Under the pieces are notes generated by a model. The model saw nothing but the letters and a program-made list of their open reading frames with translations, made no database searches and was not told the origin of the DNA. From assembly GCA_030390025.1 (NCBI GenBank), contig JASTWF010000034.1, positions 3,100,001 to 3,164,000 of the forward strand: a DNA stretch of 64,000 nucleotides, given 5' to 3'. Positions 54,401 to 64,000 of this stretch are shown piece by piece. Position numbers and translations under genes: made by a program. How positions within the stretch are numbered: position 1 is the first letter of the stretch; every line of letters starts with the position of its first letter. This stretch comes from Squalus acanthias (Eukaryota).

Positions 54401-57170
54401 TAAAGTTACAGTTAAATATTCATTTTGAGATGATGCCCTCCACACCGGGCAATACATTTAAAGCTAATTGTTAATTTAGACTTGATACCTTCTACACCGG
54501 GGAAATAATGTTACAGTCAATTGTTTTTTTGACATGATATCCTCTACACTGGGGAATAAATATACAGTCAATTGTTAATTTGAAATTATACACTATTCAC
54601 CGGGTAATAAAATTACAGTTAATTGTTAATTTCGATTTGATACCCTCTACACCGGGGAATAAAGTTACGGTCAGGTGCTAATTTGACATGATACAATCTA
54701 CAACGGGGAATAAAGTTACAGTTAATTGTTAATTAGACAAGTTACCCTCAACATCTGGGAATAAAGTAACAATTGATTGTTAATTTGACATGATAACCTC
54801 TACAACGTTTAAAAAAGTCACAGTTAATTGTTAATTTGATATGATACACTCTAGACCGGGGAATACAGATACAGTTAATTGTTCATGTGAAATGGTACCC
54901 TCTACACTGCGGAATAAAGTTACAGTTAATTGTTAATTTAGACATGATACTCTCTACACCGGGGAATAATATGACAGTTAATTGTTAATTTAGACATGAT
55001 ACACTCTACACCAGGCATTAAACTTTCAGTTAAATGTTAACTTGCCATGATTCCCTCTACACCGGGGAATTAAGTTACAGTTAATTGCAAATTTGAAATG
55101 ATGCCCTCCACACCGGGGAATAAATTTACAGTTAATTGTTAATTTAGACATGATACCTTCTACACAGGGGAATAAATTTAAAGTTAATTCTAAATTTAGA
55201 CACGATGCCCTCTACATCGGGGAATAAAGTTACAGTTAATTGTTAATTTAGACGTGATTTTCTCTACACGGGGGAATAAAGTTACAGTTAATTGTTAATT
55301 TAGACATGATTTTCTCCACACAGGGGAATAAAGTTACAGTTAATTGTTAATTTAGAAAAGATTCCTTCTACATCGCAGAATAAATTTACAGTTCATTGTT
55401 AATTGAGACATGATAACCTTGACAATGGGGAATAAAGATATAGTTAATTGTTAATTTAGACATGATATCCTCTACACCAGGGAATAAAGTTACAGTTAGT
55501 TTTTAATTTAAATTATGTCCTGTAGACAAGAGAATACATTTACAGTAAATGTTAATTTGACATGATATCCGCTACACCGGGGAATAAAGTTACAGTTAAT
55601 TGTTAATTTAGACATGATGCCCTCTACACTGCGGAATAAAATTACAGTTACATGTTAATTTTGACATGACGCCCTCTACACCAGGGAATAAAGTTACAGT
55701 TAATTATTAATTTTACATGATACCATCTACACCGGGGAATAAAGTTACAGGTAATTGTTAATTTGACATGATACCATCTACACCGGGGAATAAAGATACA
55801 GTTAATTGTTGATTTTACATGATGCCCTCAACACCGGGGAATAAATTTGACGTTAATTGGTAATCTGGCATGATACCCTGTACACTGGGGAATAAAAGTA
55901 CAGCAAATTGTCAATTTAGACATGAGACCCTCTACACCAGAGAATAAAGTTACAGCTAATTGTTGAATTGACGTGATACCCTCCACACTGTGTAATAAAG
56001 TTGCAGTCATTTTTTTTGAACATGATAATCTCTACACCGGGGAATAAAGAGGCAGTTAATTGGAAATGTTACCCTCTAAACCGGGGAATAAAGATACAGT
56101 TAATTGTTAATTTGAAATGATGCCCTCTACACTGCGGAATAAAGTTACAGTTAATTGTTAATTTAACATGATATCCTCTACACCGGGGAATAAAGTTATC
56201 GTTAATTGTTAATTTAGACATGATGCCCTCTACACCAGAAAATAAAGTTACACTTAATTGTTGAATTTACATGATGCTCTCTGCACTGTGGAATAAAGTT
56301 ACAGTTAATTTTGTTTAACATTGTAATCTCTACACTGGTATATTAAGGTACAGGAAGTTTGAAATGGTATCCTCTACACCGGGGAATAAAGTTACAGTTA
56401 ATTGTTAATTTGACATGATAAACTCTAATACCGGGGAATAAAATTACAGTTAATTGTTAATTTGACATGTTACCCTCGGCACCGGGGAATAAAGTAAATG
56501 TCAATTGTCAATTTAGACATGAAGCCCTCTACACCAGGGAGTAAATTACAGATAATTGTTAATTTGACATGAAATCCTCTACACTGTGGAATAATGTTAA
56601 AGTTAATTGTTAATTTGTCATGATGTCCGCTACAGCGGGGAATAAAGTTATAGTTAAATGTTAATTTCGACGTGATACCCTCTACACCGGGGAATAAAGT
56701 TACAGTTAATTGTTGATTTTACATGATGCCCTAATCACCGCGGAATAAAGTTGAAGTTAATTGTTAATCTGTCATGATACCCTCTACACTGTGGAATAAA
56801 ATTACAGTAAATTGTCAATTTAGACATGAGACCCTCTACGCCAGATATTAAAGTTACAGCTAATTGTTGAATTGACGTGATACCCTCCACACTGTGTAAT
56901 AAAGTTACAGTCATTTTTTTTGAACATGATAATCTCTACACCGGGGAATCAATTGGAAATGGTACCCTCTAGACCGGGGAATAAAGTTACAGTTAATTGT
57001 TAATTTCGACATGGGGCCCTCAACACTGGGGAATATAGTTACAGTTCATTGTTAATTGAGACGTGATAACCTTTAATCAGGGGAATAATTTTACAGCTAA
57101 TTGTTAATTTAGACATGATAAACTCTGCACTGTGGATTAAAGTAACTGATAATTGTTAATTTAGACATGA
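24484..57170. repeat. Higher-order repeat array: five full units and one partial
   Basis: Marker ATTCGCTCAACATCGGGGAATAATCT near 24484, 29717, 35032, 41056, 47636, 53713, giving spacings 5233, 5315, 6024, 6580, 6077. The last four spacings also appear between paralogous ORFs in the track. Confidence 0.93.
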
Positions 57171-58389
57171 TATCCTCTACACCACAGAATAAAGCTACAG
57201 TTAATGTTTAAGTTGACATGATATCCTGTACACGAGAGAATAAATTTACAGTTAATTTTTAATCTGACATAATATGCTCTACACCTGGGAATAAAGTTAA
57301 TGGAATTGTTAATTTGATAAGATACCCTCTACACTGGGGAAAAATGTTAGTTAATTGTTAATTTAGACATGATACTCTCTACACCAGAGATCAAAGTTAC
57401 AGTTAATTGTTAATTTAGACATGATACCCTCTACACCAGAAAATAAAGTTACAGTTAATTGTTGAATTTCCATGATACCCTCAACACTGTGGAATAAAGT
57501 TACAGTTATTTTTTTTAAATATCGTACTCTCTACACTGGGGAATACAGATACAGTTAATTTGAAATGGTACCCCCTGCACCGGGAAAAAAATTACAGTTA
57601 ATTGTTAATTTTGACATGATACACTCTACACCCAGGAATAAAGTTAAAGTCAATTGTTAGTTTGATATGATACCCTCGGCACCGGGGAATAAAGTAAAGT
57701 TCAATTGTTAAATTAGACATTAAATCCTCTACACCGGGGAATAAAGTTACAGTTAATTGTTAATTCGACATGATGTCCGCTACACTGGTGAATAAAATTA
57801 TAGTTAATTGTTAATTTCGACGTGACGCCCTCTACACCGATGAATAAAGTTACAATTAATTGTTAATTTAGATATGATGCCTTCTACATACGAGAATAAA
57901 TTTACAGTTATTTGTTAATTCTGATATGTTTCCCTCCACACCGTGAAATAAAGTTACAGTTAATTGTAAATTAAGAAAAGATTCCCACCACACCAGTGAA
58001 TAAAGTTACTGTCAATTGCTAATTTGACATGATACCCACTACACCAGGGTATAAAGTTACAGTTAATTGTTAATTTAGACATGATACCCTCTACACCGGG
58101 GAATAAAGTTACAGTTAATTGTTAATTTGACATGATACCCTCTACACTGGGGAATAAAGTTACAGTTAATTGTTAATTTGACATGATGCCCTCAACACCA
58201 GAAAATAAAGTTACACTTAATTGTTGAATTTACATGATGCTCTCTGCACTGTGGAATAAAGTTACAGATAATTGTTAATTATGACATGATGCACTCAACA
58301 CCGGGGAATAAAGTTGAAGTGATTTGTTAATCTGTGATGATACCCTTCATACTGGGGAATAAAGTTACAGCTAATTGTTAATTTGACAT

Positions 58390-60910
58390 GATAACCTCTG
58401 CACTGGGGAATAAAGTTACAGTTAATTGTTAATTTGACATTAGACCCTCTACACTGGGGAATAAAGTTACAGTTCATTGTTAATTGAGAGACGATACCAT
58501 CTACACCGGGGAATAAGTTTACAGTTAATTGTTAATTGGGACATGATACGCTCTACACTAGAAAACAAAGTTACAGTTCATTGTTAATTTGACATGATGC
58601 CCTCTGCACTGCGGAATAAAGTTACAGTTAATTGTTAATTTTGACATGATACACTCTACACCGGGGTATAAAATTACATTCAATTGTAAATTTGACATGA
58701 TACCCTCTGCACCGGGGAATAAAGTAAATGTCAATTGTTTATTTAGGCATGAAAGACTCGACAACAGGGAATGAAGTTAGAGTTAATTATTAAGTTGATT
58801 TGATATACTCTACACTCGGGAATAAAGTTGCAGTTAAATGTTAATTTTGACATGATGCCCTCTACACCGGGGAATAAAGTTACAGTTAATTATTAATTTG
58901 GCATGATACCCTCAACATCGGGGAATAAAGTTACAGTTAATTGCTAATTTAGACATGATACCTTCTACACAGGGGGATAAAGTTACAGTTAATTGTTAAT
59001 TTAGACAGGATTCCCTCAACATCGGGGAATAAACTTACTGTTAATTGTTAATTTAGACATGATAAGTACTTCACCGGGGAATAATTTTTCAGTTAATTGT
59101 TAATTTAGACATGATATCCTCTACAGCACAGAATAAAGTTACAGTCAATTTGTAATTTAACATGATATCCTGTACACAAATGAAAAATGTTACAGTTAAT
59201 TTTTAAATGACATAATATCCTCTACACCGGGGAATAAAGTAAATTTAATTGTTAATTTGACATGATACCCTCTACACCAGAGAATAAAGTTACAGTTAAT
59301 TGTTAATTTGACATGATATCCTTTAAACCGGGGAATAAAGTTACAGTTAATTGTTAATTTGACATGCAATCCTCTACACCGGGGAAAAAAGATCCAGTTA
59401 ATTGATAATTTAGACATGGCACCCTCTACACCAGAGAATAAAATTAGAGTTAATTGATAATTTGACATGATACCCTCTACACCGGGGAATAATGTTACAG
59501 TTAATTGTTAATTTGACGTGATATCCTCTGCACCAGGGGAAAAAGTTAAAATAACTTGTTAATTTTACATGATGCCCTCTACACCGGGGTATAATGTTAC
59601 AGTTAATTGATAATTTGACATGATACCCTCTACACTGGGGAATAAAGTTACAGTTAATTGTTAATTTGACATTAGACCCTCTACACTGGGGAATAAAGTT
59701 ACAGTTCATTGTTAATTGAGAGACGATACCATCTACACCGGGGAATAAGTTTACAGTTAATTGTTAATTGGGACATGATACGCTCTACACTAGAAAACAA
59801 AGTTACAGTTCATTGTTAATTTGACATGATGCCCTCTGCACTGCGGAATAAAGTTACAGTTAATTGTTAATTTTGACATGATACACTCTACACCGGGGTA
59901 TAAAATTACATTCAATTGTAAATTTGACATGATACCCTCTGCACCGGGGAATAAAGTAAATGTCAATTGTTTATTTAGGCATGAAAGACTCGACAACAGG
60001 GAATAAAGTTAGAGTTAATTATTAAGTTGATTTGATATACTCTACACTCGGGAATAAAGTTGCAGTTAAATGTTAATTTTGACATGATGCCCTCTACACC
60101 GGGGAATAAAGTTACAGTTAATTATTAATTTGGCATGATACCCTCTACACCGGGGAATAAAGTTACAGTTAATTGTTAATTTAGACATGATACCTTCTAC
60201 ACAGGGGGATAAAGTTACAGTTAATTGTTAATTTAGACAGGATTCCCTCAACATCGGGGAATAAACTTACTGTTAATTGTTAAGTTAGACATGATTTTCT
60301 CTACACAGGGGAATAAAGTTACAGTTAATTGTTAATTTAGAAATGATAAGTACTTCACCGGGGAATAATTTTTCAGTTAATTGTTAATTTAGACATGATA
60401 TCCTCTACAGCACAGAATAAAGTTACAGTCAATTTGTAATTTAACATGATATCCTGTACACAAATGAAAAATGTTACAGTTAATTTTTAAATGACATAAT
60501 ATCCTCTACACCGGGGAATAAAGTAAATGTAATTGTTAATTTGACATGATACCCTCTACACCAGAGAATAAAGTTACAGTTAATTGTTAATTTGACATGA
60601 TATCCTTTAAACCGGGGAATAAAGTTACAGTTAATTGTTAATTTGTCATGCAATCCTCTACACCGGGGTAAAAAGATCCAGTTAATTGATAATTTAGACA
60701 TGGCACCCTCTACACCAGAGAATAAAATTAGAGTTAATTGATAATTTGACATGATACCCTCTACACCGGGGAATAATGTTACAGTTAATTGTTAATTTGA
60801 CGTGATATCCTCTGCACCAGGGAAAAATGTTAAAATAACTTGTTAATTTTACATGATGCCCTCTACACCGTGGTATAATGTTACAGTTAATTGATAATTT
60901 GACATGATAC
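58390..60910. repeat. Tandem duplication of a 1.23-1.28-kb satellite block
   Basis: Paralogous ORFs 58558/59790 (1232 bp) and 59196/60480 (1284 bp, one extra monomer). Ends approximate. Confidence 0.88.
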
Positions 60911-63265
60911 CCTCTACACCAGGAAAAAAAATTACAGTTAATTGTTAATTTGACATGACACCCTGTACATTGTGGATTAAAGGTACTTTCAGTTGTTAAT
61001 TTGACATGATTCCCTCTGCACCAGGGAATAACAAAACAGTCAATTGTTAATTTGAGAGTATACCCTATACACCGGGGAATACAGTTTCAGTTAAATGTTA
61101 ATTTGACATGATGCACTCTGCACCAAGGAATAAAGTTACAGTTAATTGTTAATTAAGACATGATGCCCTCCAAACCAGTGAATAAAGTTACAGTTAAATA
61201 TTCATTTTGAGATGATGCCTTCCACACCGGGTAAAAAATTTAAAGCTAATTGTTATTTTAGACCTGCTACCTTCTACACCGGGGAATAAAGTTACAGTCA
61301 ACTGTTTTTTTTACATGATATTCTCTACACTGGGGAATAAATATACAGTCAATTGTGAATTTGAAATTATATCCTCTACACCGGGTAATAAAGTTACAGT
61401 TAATTGTTAATTTAGACCTGATACCCTCTACACCGGGGAATAAATTAACGGTCAGATGTTAATTTGACATGATTCCATCAACAACGGGGAATAAAGTTAC
61501 AGATAATTGTTAATTTGACATGTTACCCTCAACATCTGGGAATAAAGTTATAATTGATTGTTAATTTGACATGATACCCTCTACACCGGGGAATAAAGTC
61601 AAAGTTAATTGTTAACTTTACATGTAGGCCTCAACTCCGGGGAATAAAGTTGAAGTGAATTGTTAATCTGTCATGATACCCTCTGCCCCGGGGAATAAAG
61701 TTAAAGTTGATTGTTAATTTAGACATGGTGACCTCTACACTGGGGAATTAGTTTACAGTAAATTGTTAGTTTCGACATGATAAACTCTGCAATCTGGATT
61801 AAAGTTACAGTTAATTGTTAATTTGGAAATGATATCCTCTACACCAGAGAATAAAGTTACAGAAACTTTTAAATTTGACATAATATCCTCTAAACCGGGA
61901 AAAAAAATTTCGGTTAATTGTTAATTTCAACAAGATAACCTCTGCACTGTGGAATAAAGTAACAGATAATTGTTAATTTAGACATGCTATCCTCTACAAC
62001 ACAGAATAAAGTTACAGTTAATTTTTTATTTGACATGATATCCTGTACACACGAGAATAAAGTTACAGTTAAATTTTATTTTGACATAATATCCTCTACA
62101 CCGGGGAATAAAGTTAATTTAATTGTTAATTTGACACGATATCTCCTGCACTGGGGAAAATAGTTACAGTTAATTGTTAATTTAGACATGATACTCTCCA
62201 CACCAGAGAATGAAGTTACAGTTAATTGTTAATTTAGAAATGATGCCCTCTACACTGAACAATAAAGTTACAGTTAATTGTTATTTTTTGACATGGTGCC
62301 CTCTACACCGGGGAATAAAGTTACAGTTAATTGTTAATTTGAATGATATCCTCTACACTGGGGAATAAATTTATAGTTAATTGTTAATTACGAAGTGATG
62401 CCCTCTACAATGGTGAATACAGTTACAGTTAATTGTTAATTGAGACATGATACCTTCTGCACACGGGAATAAATTTACCGTTATTTGTTAATTCAGATAT
62501 GTTTCCCTCTACACCGTGAAATAAAGTTACAGTTAATTGTAAATTAAGGAAAGTTTACCACCACACCAGTGAATAAAGATACTGTCAATTGCTAATTTAA
62601 CATGATACCCTCTACACCAAGGTGTAAAGTTGCAGTTGTTGCTAAATTAGACATCATGCCCGCTGCACTGATGATATCAGGTTACAGGTAATTGTTAATT
62701 TGATATGAAACCCTCTACACCGGGGAATAAAGTTACAGTTAATTGTTAATTTTGCATGTAGCCCTCAACTCCGGGGATTAAAGTTGAAGTGAATTGTTAA
62801 TCTGTCATGATACCCTCTGCACTGGGGAAGAAAGTTACAGTTATTTGTTAATTTGACATGATGACCTCTACCCCGGGGAATAAAGTTAAAGTTGATTGTT
62901 AATTGAGACATGATGACCTCTACACCGGGGAATAAGTTTACAGTAAATTGTTAATTTCGACATGATAAACTCTGCAATCTGGATTAAAGTAACAGTTAAT
63001 TGTTAATTTGGACATGATATCCTCTACACCAGAGAATAATGTTACAGATACTTTTTAATTTGACATAATATCCTCTAAACCGGGGAATACAATTACAGTT
63101 AATTGTTAATTTTTCATGATGCGCTCTACACCGGGGAATAAAGTTACAGTTAAATGTTAATTTTTCATGATGCCCTCTACACCGGGAAATAAAGTTGAAG
63201 TTAATTGTTCTTTTGACATGATATCCTCTACACCGGGAAATAAAGTTATAGTGAATTGTTCATTT

Positions 63266-64000
63266 GCAGTAAGGGCACAGCAGTCATCATGGGTGACTTT
63301 AATTTACATATAGATTGGGCTAACCAAATTAGTAAAAGTACCGTGGAGGAGGAATTCCTAGAATGTTTACGGGATGGTTTTCTGGAACAATATGTCGAGG
63401 AACCAACCAGAGATCAGGCCATCTTAGACTGGGTATTATTTAACGAGAAAGGATTAATTACCAATCTTGTTGTCCGTGGCCCCTTGGGTCAGAGTTATCA
63501 TAATATGATAGAATTCTTCATTAGGACGGAGAGTGAATTAGTTGAATCAGAGACTAGGGTCCTGAATTTAAATAAAGGAAACTTCGATGGTTTGAGGCGC
63601 GAATTGGGTAGGATTGATTGGGGAATGTCACTGAAAGGGTTGACGGTGGATAGGCAATGGCAAACATTCAAAGACTGCATGGATGAACTACAGAGAAAAA
63701 GATTAGTGAAATCAAGTGTAGGTCCCTTGCAGTCAGAAGCGGGGGCAGTTATAATTGGGAACAAAGAAATGGCAGACCAATTAAATGCATATTTTGGTTC
63801 TGTCTTCACAAAGGAGGTCATAAATAACCTCCCAGAGATGTTGAAGAACATAGGTTCTGATGAAAGGGAAGTCATGAAATATATTCAAGAATGAGTTAGA
63901 TATATTTCTTAAAGATAAAGGTATCAAGGAATATGGGGAGAAGGCAGGTACAGGGTACTTAGTTTGGATGATCAGCCATGATCTCATCGAATGGTGGAGC
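63266..64000 (+). mobile_element. 5'-truncated CR1 copy with two internal deletions, same subfamily as 14950-19274; runs off the window
   Basis: Matches about 16777-17206, then 17471-17645, then 19090-19220 of the full-length copy. Confidence 0.93.

Larger units (their letters stand above)
19275..63265. repeat. 51/52-bp satellite, main uninterrupted array (about 44 kb, roughly 850 monomers)
   Basis: Continuous head-to-tail monomers in one orientation; no foreign sequence seen. Monomer count is length divided by about 51.5. Confidence 0.98.

Noticed and set aside
5914..60752. Many minus-strand Cys/His-rich ORFs with the 17-aa repeat CRGYHVKLTINCNFIPR, resembling zinc-finger or repeat proteins
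   Set aside because: They are translations of the 51-bp monomer (17 codons). 52-bp monomers break the frame constantly, the longest is 168 aa, and spacing does not fit C2H2.
19275..63265. CRISPR-like array (conserved AT half alternating with a more variable half)
   Set aside because: The variable parts are mutated versions of one consensus rather than unique spacers; no cas genes; context is vertebrate retroelements.
63690..63875. CR1 internal deletions as spliced-out introns
   Set aside because: The deleted segments in the reference copy do not start with GT; microhomology joining fits better.

Overview
Eukaryotic repeat-only window with no recognisable host gene. The CR1 3' ends resemble shark/ray HER1-type LINEs, so the host is probably a cartilaginous fish (inference). 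About 49 kb is one AT-rich 51/52-bp tandem satellite, consensus GACATGATACCCTCTACACCGGGGAATAAAGTTACAGTTAATTGTTAATTT(A). Its centre (about 24.5-57.2 kb) is organised into near-identical 5.2-6.6 kb higher-order repeats. Five insertions interrupt or abut it. (1) 1-5943: 3' part of a decayed retrovirus-like LTR element with gag, PR, RT, a degenerate tether RNase H, a second RNase H, IN, no env and a 3' LTR; a CR1 fragment sits inside its integrase. (2) 9704-10466: TIR DNA transposon (MITE-like) inserted exactly on the 5' boundary of element 3. (3) 10469-13189: internally deleted Ty3/Gypsy element with two 235-bp LTRs and a tRNA-Trp PBS. (4) 14950-19274: full-length decayed CR1 LINE with a tandem-monomer 5' UTR. 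(5) 63266-64000: multiply deleted copy of the same CR1 subfamily. The most interesting items are the dual-RNase H env-less element and the layered higher-order satellite. All coordinates were read by hand; no searches were run.
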